Part shown: positions 1-11,235 of the stretch, one piece after another
Layout: every line of letters begins with the position of its first letter
Numbering within the stretch: the first letter of the stretch is position 1
Source: Squalus acanthias
Taxonomy: Eukaryota
Direction: 5' to 3'
Assembly (NCBI GenBank): GCA_030390025.1
Contig: CM059433.1
Coordinates: 22,756,001 to 22,816,000, forward strand
DNA length: 60,000 nucleotides
The notes under the pieces: model-generated
Database searches by the model: none
The model's input: the letters and a program-made list of their open reading frames with translations, nothing else
Told to the model about the DNA's origin: nothing
Made by a program: the position numbers and the translations under genes

Positions 1-27
1 TGGGCCGTGGACCGAACTTGGAGCACG

Positions 28-912
28 TATCTGGAGGGAGGGGGAGAGGGGAGGAGAGGGAGGGAGGGGGGAGGAGAGGGAGGGAGAGGAGAGGGAGGGG
101 GGAGGAGAGGGAGGGAGGGGGGTGGGGGGAGGAGGGATGGGGAGGGAGTGGGAGGGGCAGGGAGGAGGGAGAGGGAGGAGGGAGAGGGAGGGAGGGGGTG
201 GGGGAGGGAGGGGGAGGGGAAGGAGGGAGAGGGGAGGAGGGAGAGAGGGGGATGAGGGGGGAGGGGAGTGGTGGGGGTGGGGAGGGGGAGGGGGGAGGGG
301 GGAGGGGAGAGGGAGGAGGGAGGGGGAGAGAGGGGAGGGGGGAGGTGGGAGGGAGGGGGCAGGGGAGGGGGGAAGGTGGGGGGTAGGTTGGGGGGGAGGG
401 GGTTGGAGAGGGAGAGGGAGGGGGAAGAGAGGGAGGGAGGGGAGGGGGAGTGGAGGGGGAAGGAGAGGGAGGGAGGGGGGGAGGGAGAGGGAGGAGGGAG
501 AGGGAGAGGGAGGAGGGAGAGGGAGAGGGAGGGAGGGGGAGAGGGAGGGGGAGGGAGAGGGAGGGAGGGGGAGGAATGGAGGGGGAGGGAGGGGGAGGGG
601 AAGGAGGGAGAGGGGAGGAGGGAGAGAGGGGGATGAGGGGGAGGGGAGGGGGAGGAAGGGAGGGGAAGGAGGGAGAGGGGAGGAGGGAGAGGGGAGGAGG
701 GAGAGAGGGGGATGAGGGGGAGGGGAGGGGGAGGGGTGGGGAGGGGCAGGGGGGAGGGGAGGAGGGGGAGGGGGGGATGAGGGGGGGAGGGGAGGGGGAG
801 GGGTGGGGAGGGTGAGAGGAGGAGGGAGAGGGGAGGAGGGAGAGAGGGGGATGAGGGGGGGAGGGGAGGGGGAGGGGTGGGGAGGGTGAGAGGAGGAGGG
901 AGGAGAGGGGTG
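28..912. repeat. G/A-rich low-complexity polypurine tract
   Basis: Almost only GGA/GGGA/GGGGA words; the Gly/Arg/Glu ORFs here are artefacts of composition. Confidence 0.9.
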
Positions 913-1939
913 AAACCCTCGAGACTCTTTGGGCATGTCCCAAACGCAAGACCAAGAGACCAGACTGCAAGGATCTTGCACAAACTAACATCTAGAGACT
1001 TCATCAGTAGGCATGGAATTCACAATAAATCAGACTAAACAGAGCAAAACCCCAGCCTCTGAATGTCATTTAATCCGTCACTGCACAAGATTACAGATGG
1101 TTAAGAATAAGTTCACCAACAGAATATATTGTAATTGGCCTATTACTGCGACATCTGTGTGATGTGTTTTTGTGACTGGGTGCCAGGAGAAAAGAGAGAA
1201 TCAATGCTTTGAAAATTCTCACACTATCATCAATTTTAACAGCCATAAAAATGAAACCATTACTCACAAAGTGAAAATGAAAGTTCCACAAATGATCCTT
1301 ATTCACACAATAGGATCGAGCACGGCTTTTCTCCCGTTATATATGCAGTTTTACTGAAAATCAAGTAACTGAAGTCATATAGCATAACTTGGTGAAAGGT
1401 TATACAACTGTGACTGTTGAATTAAGACAGTTTTTTTGAACTGAAAATAGATTATCGGAATTATCTTCTGACTGGAGTGCCTACACGATGGGGACAGAAC
1501 ATGAACACTTAAGATGGAAAATCAAGGTGTGATTGCTGATGATTCACTGAAAAGTTTCCTTTCCATTTGAAGCTGTTATCAACATAGTTAATTAAATAAT
1601 AGGATACATCTCCAAGGCATTTGACTATAAGTAAAAAAAAAAGATTCTTGTACTGCGCACAATTTTGGGCACTCTACCTTCAAAAGGACATGCATGCATT
1701 GGAAAGCAAAAGCCCCACAAGGGGTATTCAGGAATCTAGGGTAAAAAAAAACTGGCCGAGGTAGAGGTGAGCTTTCGGGAAGCCAACAGGCAGATTACAC
1801 TAACACATCCAGGTTATGTTTCATTTACCTAACTGCCATCTACTAATGCTCCATTGCTTAAAAATCGCCTTTCTTTGAGTTTTCTATGCATAACAGCATT
1901 AAAATTAATTAAAAAGGAAGGGAAAAGGGCATAGTAGCA

Positions 1940-3220
1940 CCGGAGAAAGTGCAAAAAAGATTACAAGAATTGTACCAGAACGGAGAGATTATGGGGGAAA
2001 AATTCAGTTGGTTGCGCCTCCCGTTAGCGCCTTAAGAGGGCGCTAATGGGGCGCAAAGCATCCAGCGCCCAGGCGCGGCGAAGTTTGCGCCTCTTGCGAA
2101 ATTAACTAGACATTTTGTGGCGGCGCTAAACACTACCGCCACGATCTCCTGCGCCGGCAGATCGTGACGTCAGACGAGTGCGCAACGCCCCGGTATCGCC
2201 CCGGAGCGGATATTGAGTGGCGCCCCCTACCTTACCGCCTGACGCTAGCAACGACAGGTTGATAGGAGCGTTCTGCAGTCATGAAGGGAAAGGGGGAGCG
2301 CTATTTAAAGGTGACCGCTTCCTGCCTTTTATTGTTGGTGCCATTTTTGAACTACGCATTCTGAGAGAGAGTGAGAGAGACTTCTGGAGAGATTCAACGT
2401 TGTGTGAAGGAGTTTTGGGTACTGAGCAGCACCTTGCAGGTTCATTTTGATTTGCCATTCCTTGTATCGATTTAGAAGAGATTGTGGGGGCTGCACTCTG
2501 AGCTCTTTGCCTGGTACTCTCCATTGTTCTTTCCAGCAGATTTGATGTGCAGGTCTCTCCAGGCCGAGATTCAAGGCTGCAATGAGCAGGATGTGGATGG
2601 AAAGCAAGATCAACCATCCCCTTTAAGAACTAGCCCATGCCATTGTGTGTGTGTTCCATTGCTGACTGACATTACATGAGCTTCGCCAGCGCTCTGAGGT
2701 AGCGCCTCGCTCCTCGGCCTTTGCGCCTTAAGACAGGTGTGAAGCGCCTGATTTAGCACTCCAATCACCTCCAGGGGCGATAAAAGTCAAGTTTGCAGTC
2801 GGTGGCGATAATTAGCGCCAGGCGCTAATCTTTGCGCCCGGCCGATAATTGCGCCCCAAATGGGGCGATACTGAATTTCTCCCCCTATAGCTATTGGGGT
2901 TGATTGAACAAGGGTTGGGGCTTTTTACTTTAGAAATGAGAAGACTTAGAGGTGACCTGATAGAAATCTTTAAAATTATGAATGGTAGATGTGGAGAGAA
3001 TGTTTCCACTTGTGGGAGAATCCAAAACTAGGGCCATAAATACAAGATAGTTACTAATAAATACAATAGGGAAATAAGGAGACATTTCTTTACTCAGAGA
3101 GTGGTTAGACTGTGGAACTCGCTACCACACGAAGTGGTTGAGGCAAATAGCTTAGATGCTTTCAAAAGGATACTAGCCGAGGACATGAGAGGAAAGGGAA
3201 TAGAAGGATATGCTGAAATG
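1940..3220 (+). mobile_element. Decayed CR1 LINE 3' fragment, interrupted by a Harbinger MITE
   Basis: Degenerate RRLRGDLIEIFKIM and FFTQRVVRLWNSLP motifs of the CR1 ORF2 C-terminus; CR1 sequence resumes after the TAT duplication at 2886. Confidence 0.75.
1993..2885. mobile_element. Non-autonomous Harbinger element (internal-deletion derivative of the 9289-13361 family)
   Basis: TIRs GGGGGAAAAATTC / GAATTTCTCCCCC; 3-bp TSD TAT (1990-1992, 2886-2888); both arms align by eye to the two ends of the 9289-13361 element. Confidence 0.9.
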
Positions 3221-3227
3221 CTGATAT

Positions 3228-6200
3228 AGGGGTACAGTAGCATAGTGGTTATGTTACTAGACTAGTACTCCCGAGACCTGCACTAATGATCTGGAAACAT
3301 GAGTTCACATCCCACCATGGCAGCTGGGGAATTTAAATTCAGTTAAGTAAATAAAACGGGAATAAAAAGCTAGCATCAGTAATGGTGACCATGTAACCAG
3401 ATTGCTGTAAAAACCCATCTGGTTCACTAATGTTCTTCTACCGTCCTTACTCAGTCTGGCCTATATGCGACTCCAGACCCACAGCAATGTGGTCGACTCA
3501 TAACTGCCCTTTGAAATGGCCTAGCAAGCCACTCAAGACTGCTACGAAAAACAATAATAAGAATAAAACCGGACGGACCACCTGGCAACGACCGATGCAC
3601 CTGATTCGGACATGACAAAGGCACACCCAGCCTATTCGACCCTGCAAAGTCCTCCTCACTAAAATCTGGGGACTTGTGCTAAAATTGGGAGAGTTGTCCC
3701 ACAGACTAGTCCAGCAACAGCCATACTCACAGAATCATACCTTTCAGCCAATGTCCCAGACTCCTCCATCACCATCCCTGGATACGTCATGTTCCTCCGG
3801 CAGGACAAATCCACCAGTCAGGAGGGAGTGGCCCTGGGAGCTCTCAACATTGACTCCGGACCCCATGAAGTCTCATGGCATCAGGTCAAACATGGGCAAG
3901 GAAACCTCCGGATGACTACCACCCACCGCCCTCCATCAACTGATGAATCAGTACTCCTCCATGTTTAACAACACTTGGAAGATGCACTGAGGGTAGCAAG
4001 GGCACAGCATGTACTCTGGGTGGGGGAACTTCAATGTCCATCACCAAGAGTGGCTCAGTAGCAACAATACTGACCGAGCAGGCCGAGTCCTGAAGGACAT
4101 AGCTGCCAGTCTGGGCCTACGGCAGGTGGTGAGAGAACCAACACGAGGGAAAAACCTACTGGACCTCGTCCTTACAAATCTACCTGTCGCAGATGCATCT
4201 GTCCATGATAGTATTAGCAGGAGTCACCATCGTATGGTCCTTGTGGAGACGAAGTCCCATCTTCACACTGAGGACACCCTCCATCATGTTGCGTGGCACT
4301 ACCACTGTGCTAAATGGGATAGATTCAGAACAGATTGAGCAGCTCAAAACTGGGCATCCATGAGGCACTGTGGGCCATCAGCAGCAGTTGAATTATATTC
4401 CAGCACAATCTGTAAACTCATAGCCCAGCCTATCCCTCTACCATTACTATCAAACCAGGGGACCAACCCTGGCACAATGAGGAGTGTAGAAAAGCATGCC
4501 AGGAGCAGCACTAGGCATACCTAAAAACGAGGTGCCAACCTGGGGAAGCTACAACACAGGACTACATGCATGCTAAACAGTGGAAGCAACATGCTATAGA
4601 TAGAGCTAAGCGATCCCACAGCCAACGGATCAGATCAAAGCTCTGCAGTTCTGCCACATCCAGTTGTGAATGGTGGTGGACAATTAAACAATTAACGGGA
4701 GGAGGAGGCTCCATGAACATCCCCATCCTCAATGATGACGGAGCCCAACATGTGAGTGCAAAAGACAAGGCTGAAGTGTTTGCAACCATCTTCAGCCAGA
4801 AGTGCTGAGTGGATGATCCATCTCGGCCTCCTCCTGAGGTTCCCACCATCACAGAAGCCAGTCTTCAGCCAATTCGATTCACTCCCCGTGATATTCAGAA
4901 ATGGCTGAGCACACTGGTTACAGCAAAGGCTATGGGCCTTTCAGCACAACATCCTGGCTGTTGTGCTGAAGACTTGTGCTCTACCCAAGCTGTTCCAGTA
5001 CAGCTACAACACTAGCAAATACCCGACAAAGTGGAAAATTTCCCAGGTATGTCCTATCCGCAAAAAGCAGGACAAATCCAATCCGGTCAATTACTGCCCC
5101 ATCAGTCTACTCTCAATCATCAGCAAAGTGATGGAAGGTGTTATCGACAGTACTATCAAGCGGCACTTTTTCACCAATAACCTGCTCACTGATGCCCAGT
5201 TTGGGTTCCGCCAGGACCACTCAGCTCCAGACCTCATTACAGCCTTGTTCCAAAAGAGCTGAATTGCAGAGGTGAGATGAGAATGACTGCCCTCGACCTC
5301 AACGCAGCATTTGACCGAGTGTGGCATCAAGGAGCCCTCGCAAAATTGAAGTCAATGGGAATCAGGGGGAAAACTTTCCACTGGCTTGCGTCATACCTAG
5401 CACAAAGGAAGATTGTGGTTTTGAAGGTCAATCATCTCAGCCCCAGGACTTCGCTGCAGGAGTTCCTCAGGGCAGTGTCCTCAGCCCAACCATCTTCAGC
5501 TGCTTCATCAATGACCTTCCCTCCATCATAAGGTCAGAAGTGGGGATGTTTGCTGATGATTGCACAGTGTTCAGTTCCATTCACAACTCCTCAGATACTG
5601 AAGCAGTCCGTGCCTGCATGCAGCAAGACCTGGACAACATTCAGGCTTGGGCTGATAAGTGACAAGTAACATTCCTGCTACACAAGTGCCAGGCAATGAC
5701 AATCACCAAAAAGAGGAAGTCTAACCACCGCCCCTTGACATTCAATGGCATTACCACCGTCGAATCCCACACCATCAACATCCTGGGATCATCATTGACT
5801 AGAAACTTAACTGGACCAGCCATATAATACTGTGGCTACAAGAGCAGATCAGAAGCTGGATATTCTGCAGCGAGTGACTCACCTCCTGACTCCCCAAAGC
5901 CTTTCCACCATCTAAAAGGCACAGGTCAGGAGTGTGATGGAATACGCTCCACTTGCCTGGATAAATGCAGCTCCAACAACACTCAAGAAGCTCAACACTA
6001 TCCAGGACAAAGCAATGTGCTTGATTGCATCCCATCCATCACCTTAAACATTCACTCCCTCCACCACCGGCGTACTGTGTCTGCAGTGTGTACCAGCTAC
6101 AAGATGCACTGCCAGAACTCGCCAAGGCTTCTTCGACAGCGCCTCCCAAACCCGCGACCTCTTCCACCTAATAGGACAAGGGCAGCAGGCGTATGGGAAT

Positions 6201-6450
6201 ACCATCACCTCCAAGTTCCCCTCCAAGTCGCACACCATCCTGAATTGGAAGTACATCGCCGTTCCTTCATCATCGCTGGGTCAAAATCCTGGAACTCCCT
6301 CCCTAACAGCACTGTGGGAGTACCATCACCACATGGACTGCAGCGGTTCAAGAAGGCGGCTCACCACCACCTTCTCAAGGGCAATTAGGGATGAGCAATA
6401 ACTGCTGGCCTTGCCAGTGACACCCACATCCCGTGAATGAATTAAAAAAA
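3228..6450 (+). mobile_element. Near full-length decayed CR1-group LINE (APE endonuclease + RT) with a tRNA/SINE-like 5' head
   Basis: EN motifs GNFNVHHQEWL and VREPTRGKNLLDLVLTN; RT motifs YCPISLLSIISKVMEG, QFGFRQDHS, GVPQGSVLSP, MFADDC; many stops and frameshifts; A-rich tail at ~6450. Confidence 0.9.
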
Positions 6451-6559
6451 GGCAAGGTGAGGTAGATGGAATGGGAGGAGTCTCATGTGGCGTATAAACA
6501 TCAGCACTGACTAGTTGGGCCGAATGGTCTGTTTTTGTGCTGTATGTTCCATGTAATTC

Positions 6560-6990
6560 TATGTAACATGCACCTTTCACGTCCCAGAGAGTTCCACAGC
6601 TAACAAAGTACTTTTAAAGTGTAGTCACTGTTGTAATGCAGGGAAATGCAGCAACCAATTTACACACAGCAAGGTCTCACAGACAGCAATAAAATAAATA
6701 ACCAGATGTCTTTGTGGTGTTGGTTGATGGATAATTGTTGTCCAGGACATTGGGAGAACTCCCCTGCTCTTCTTCAAATAGTGCCATGGGATTTGTCTAA
6801 GTCCACCTGTGAAGGCAGGCGGGGCCTCGGTTTAATGTCGCATCCGAAAGACATTCGAACTGAGCGTTCCCTCAGTGCTGCACTGTGGTGTCAGCCGAGA
6901 TTGTGTGCTCAAGCCCCTGGGTAGGGCTTAAACGCACAACTTTCTGACTCTGGAGGCAAGCATGCTACCACTGGGCCAAGGCTGACACCG
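6560..6990 (-). mobile_element. Decayed tRNA-derived Deu-domain SINE
   Basis: Diverged copy of the 28632-29092 SINE in reverse orientation. Confidence 0.8.
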
Positions 6991-7439
6991 AGTTACAAGA
7001 TAATATCCTTCAATGGATTTTCTCAGCATGATAAATGTTCAATGTAATTTTGATTTTCTTCTCTGTATATTCTTTCCCACAAAAGTATTGAAAGTTCCAC
7101 AGTTAGCTTTAGCTCTGTCTTTAATATTCAGTTGTTCACTGCTGCCTACTTGCAGTATGTCAGCTAGGCAGATCAAAAGCTTTGCATTATCTTGGAGCAC
7201 ATTTTTTTTAAATCACAGGTTGCATGAGTTGACATTTTATATACATAAAACTAGAAAGAGGTCGTTCCTTGTTTCAGGAGTGGAGCATGCCCTTGTACTA
7301 ATCAGACAAGAAAGATGAAAAAATGACAGGTTAGGTTCAAATAAATCAACTCACATGCAATTGGAAAAATAGCAGCAGTTTTTACCATAGAGATACAGAA
7401 CTAGGGCCAAGTAACTGATTCATCTTATGGAAGCTAATC

Positions 7440-8088
7440 AATGGTGTCCATACTTAAGAAAAGACATACTTGCTCTCGAGGCAGTACAAAGAAGGTTCAC
7501 TCGGTTAATCCCGGGGATGAGGGGGTGGACATACGAGGAGAGGTTGAGTAGATTGGGACTCTACTCATTGGAGTTCAGAAGAATGAGAGGCGATCTTATT
7601 GAAACATATAAGATTGTGAAGGGGCTTGATCGGGTGGATGCGGTAAGGATGTTCCCAAGGATGGGTGAAACTAGAACTAGGGGGCATAATCTTAGAATAA
7701 GGGGCTGCTCTTTCAAAACTGAGATGAGGAGAAACTTCTTCACTCAGAGGGTAGTAGGTCTGTGGAATTTGCTGCCCCAGAAAGCTGTGGAAGCTACATC
7801 ATTAAATAAATTTAAAACAGAAATTGACAGTTTCCTAGAAGTAAAGGGAATTAGGGGTTACGGGGAGTGGGCAGGAAAATGGACATGAGGCTGAGTTCGG
7901 ATCGCTCAAGGCCCTGTGGGTGGCGGAGCGGGCCCAGGGGCCGAGTGGCCGGGTCCTGCTCCTACTTCTTGTGTTCTTTAGATTTGAGGTTAGGATCAGA
8001 TCAGCCATGATCTTATTGAATGGTGGAGCAGGCTCGAGGGGCCGATTGGCCTACTCCTGCTCCTATTTCTTATGTTCTTATGTTCTTA
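7440..8088 (+). mobile_element. 5'-truncated CR1 LINE (ORF2 C-terminus + 3' UTR)
   Basis: WCPYLRKDILALEAVQRRFTRLIPGMRG...RRMRGDLIETYKI...FFTQRVVGLWNLLP; (TTCTTATG)n tail. Confidence 0.92.
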
Positions 8089-8544
8089 ATGTAATACAAT
8101 ATCAACTATTCACTGAATAATGCTTGGTGCTGCCTGGGCACTAGTGCACTGTACGGGACCATACACTGTTCAGATCACAGTATGAAGCAAACAGTAGATG
8201 AACACTGTGATATTCAAAGACAACTGCAGTTCCTTCCTCTAAGTTAATCAATGATCATCCTACTCAGATCTCACAATTTCTTAAAATTCTTCAACTCCCA
8301 GTGTTGAGTTATTACAGGAGATTTTCCTGGGTCAGCGAATATTGGAAAAGTCAGCATGCATGCCTGTAAAGGAACCCAGCTGATTCCCTTTCCATTTATA
8401 TCACGGTCGAACCTGGACTCTAAGTATTAGTGTTCTATTTTAGCATAGAGGTCCTCCCAGCTGAGCTTGACCTGCCCTCATTTAGCAACTACACATGCAC
8501 ATAGCAAATCAATAACAATCAACACCAGGCGCCCTGGCTGATCA

Positions 8545-9194
8545 CAGATCCCGCCATCACGAAGAGTGCCTGTTTCCACCTCCGGAACATCGCCCGATTC
8601 CGCCCCTGCCTCAGCTCATCTGCTGCTGAAACCCTCATCCACGCCTTTGTTACCTCTAGACTTGACTATTCCAATGCACTCCTGGCTGGCCTCCCACGTT
8701 CTACCCCCCATAGACTTGAGGTCATCGAAAACTCTGCTGCCTGTATCCTAACTTGTACCAAGTCCTGTTCACCCATCATCCCTGTGCTCGCTGACCTAGA
8801 TTGGCTCCCGGTTAAGCAACGCCTTGATTTCAAAATTCTCATCCTTGTTTTCAAATCCCTCCATGGCCTCACCCCTCCCTATCTCTATAATCTCCTCCAG
8901 CCCCACAACCCTCCGAGATATCTGCACTCCTCTAATTCTGGCCTCTTGAGCATGCCTTCAGCTGCCTCGGCCCTAAGCTCTGGAATTCCCTCCCTAAACT
9001 TCTCTGTCTCTCTACCTCTCTTTCCTCCTTTAAGACGTTCCTTAAACCCTACACCTTTGACCAAGAATTTAGCCATTGCCCTAATATCTCCTTATGTGGC
9101 TCGGTGTCACATTTTGTTTGAAACGCTCCTGTGAAGCACCTTGGGATATTTTACTATGTTTAAGGCGCTATAAAAATACAAGTTGTTGTTGTTG
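8545..9194 (+). mobile_element. L2 LINE 3' fragment
   Basis: AETLIHAFVTSRLDYSN and LDWLPVKQRLDFKIL motifs; ends GGCGCTATAAAAATACAAGTTGTTGTTG. Confidence 0.88.
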
Positions 9195-9608
9195 ATCCTC
9201 TCCTAGCCCAGGATTCTGAGCAAACATTTGATGGGATGAAAGATTAACAGATGCCCTGTAAAGGGTTACAATTAGTGGAAAAGACAAAGGGGGAAAAATT
9301 CGGTTGGCTTGCGCCTCCCGTTAGCGCCCTAGAGGGCGCTCATGGGGCGCAAAGCAACTAGCGCCCGGGCGCAGCGATGTTTGCGCCACTCGCAAATTGA
9401 CTAGAGTTTAGCGCCCCGATATCCTGCGCCCGCAGATTGTGACGTCAGTCAAGCGTGCAACGCCCTGGTGGCGCCCCTGACCGGATATTGAGTGGCGCCC
9501 CCCTCCTTTCCACCTGGCGCAAGCAACGACAGGGAGACTGGAACGTTTCCCAGTTGGTGAGGGGCTGGGGGGGCGCTATTTAAAGGCGGCCTCTTCCTGG
9601 CTTTTTCT

Positions 9609-11012
9609 GTGGTAGACATTTTTGCACCAATCATTCTGACAGAGAGAGAGAATCTAAGAGAGAGAAGGAGAGACTTCTGCATAGAGTCAACACTGTGTGA
9701 AGTGGTTTTGGTTACTGAGCATCACTTTGCAGGTACTTTTGGATTTGACCTTCATTTCTTCGATTGCCAAGAGACTCTGGGGGCTGCACTGATTCGGGGC
9801 GTCGTCCTGCGCCGGCAGATTCGGAGGCAACAGAGACGCAGAGAGAGAGTGGCAATCATGGCCAGATGGAGGAGGACCAACAGGCCTCTGTACAGGAGAC
9901 CTTACCCTCCCAGAGTATTCCGGGAACAATTCTCTTACATTAATTTGTCTGAGGAGCAGTGTTTGCGCAGGCTGCGCTTCAGCAAGGAGGTGGTCACTGA
10001 GCTCTGCCACCTGCTGCAGCCAGATCTGCAGCCTCAACTGTCGGTGGCTGTGAAGGTCACAGTGGCTCTGAACTTTTATGCCACCGGCTCCTTTCAAGCA
10101 GCTACTGGGGACATCGCCAATATCTCCCAGTTCGCGGTCCATTGCTGTATCCGTCAGGTCACAAATGCCTTCTATAAAAGGAGACGCCAGTACATCTCTT
10201 TCCCGATGACCCGGGCCAAACAGCATGAACGCGCATTGGGCTTTGCTAGGATAGTAGGCTTTCCCATAGTGCAGGGCACCATTGACTGCACGCATGTGGC
10301 ATTGTGGGCACCACATGAGAATGCACAGGTTTTCTTAAACGTCCAGTTGGCCTGTGACCACAGACAGCTGATACTCACTGTCAATGCCCGCTATCCTGGC
10401 AGCAGCCACGATGCTTTCATCCTGCGCCAGACTGCTGTGCCAGAACTTTTCCAGGCACCGCATCAGCCAAGTGGTTGGCTCCTCGGGGACAAGGGTTATC
10501 CACTGTGCACCTGGCTGATGACACTGCTCCGTAACCCCAACACCCCTGCTGAGCTGCGGTACAACGAGAGCCATTTCGCCACCAGGAACATCGTTCAGCA
10601 GACGATCGGCGTGCTCAAGCAACGGTTCCGCTGTCTGGACCACTCAGGAGGAGCCCTGCAGTACTCGCCTGAGCGAGTCTCCCTCTTCATAGTTGTGTGC
10701 TGCATTCTTCATAACCTGGCAATCCTCAGGACCCAGCCAATACCACCAGGCCTTGGAACACCACCGGAGGAGGAGGAGGAAGGGGAGGAGGAGGAAGAGG
10801 AGGAGGAAGGGGAGGAGGAGGAAGAGGAGGAGGAGGATCAGCAGCAGCACCAAGGCGGGAGGGAGGCCCACAATGTTGAAACTGCAGGGGCCATCCGTCA
10901 ACGACTGATAACAAGCCACTTCAAGGCCCCTACTGAGGAAATGGCTTCTGCCATGGAGAACAACATGAATGAAAGCAACCCGCAACCCCAAAGCCGGCCA
11001 AGGCAGCAATGA
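9609..11012 (+). CDS. Harbinger (HARBI1-like) DDE transposase, probably inactive
   Basis: GTIDCTHV, NVQLACD, ARYPGSSHDAFIL, LLGDKGYP and TIGVLKQRFRCL motifs plus an acidic tail; the NRKG motif is missing and the third catalytic E reads Q (RNIVQQTIG). True start uncertain (ATG at 9858 possible). Confidence 0.9.
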   Translation: MVDIFAPIILTERENLRERRRDFCIESTLCEVVLVTEHHFAGTFGFDLHFFDCQETLGAALIRGVVLRRQIRRQQRRRERVAIMARWRRTNRPLYRRPYPPRVFREQFSYINLSEEQCLRRLRFSKEVVTELCHLLQPDLQPQLSVAVKVTVALNFYATGSFQAATGDIANISQFAVHCCIRQVTNAFYKRRRQYISFPMTRAKQHERALGFARIVGFPIVQGTIDCTHVALWAPHENAQVFLNVQLACDHRQLILTVNARYPGSSHDAFILRQTAVPELFQAPHQPSGWLLGDKGYPLCTWLMTLLRNPNTPAELRYNESHFATRNIVQQTIGVLKQRFRCLDHSGGALQYSPERVSLFIVVCCILHNLAILRTQPIPPGLGTPPEEEEEGEEEEEEEEGEEEEEEEEDQQQHQGGREAHNVETAGAIRQRLITSHFKAPTEEMASAMENNMNESNPQPQSRPRQQ

Positions 11013-11235
11013 TTCTAAAGGCCAAACATGTACATTTTGAATACAAAAACTTTTTTATTTTACAAACTCTGTGTGTGTCATTTCTTCATGACAAACTAAT
11101 AGAAACAAACACAAAAAATCATTCATTAACTAACTGGTTCTCACAACCTGAAGATAATGTCCAAAACACTAAACAAAAGTTTGAACACGAACCTCGGCCT
11201 TTAATAAAAAATTGACCAACATTTCGTCACACCTC

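Noticed and set aside
7..815. Gly/Arg/Glu-rich ORFs
   Set aside because: Products of a stop-poor polypurine tract, open in all three frames.
1268..1353. Minus-strand coding exon with good AG/GT signals
   Set aside because: All three frames contain stops; at most a non-coding exon or chance.
9609..11012. Host HARBI1 gene
   Set aside because: Sits between intact TIRs/TSD with a Myb partner and has catalytic lesions; it is a transposon copy.
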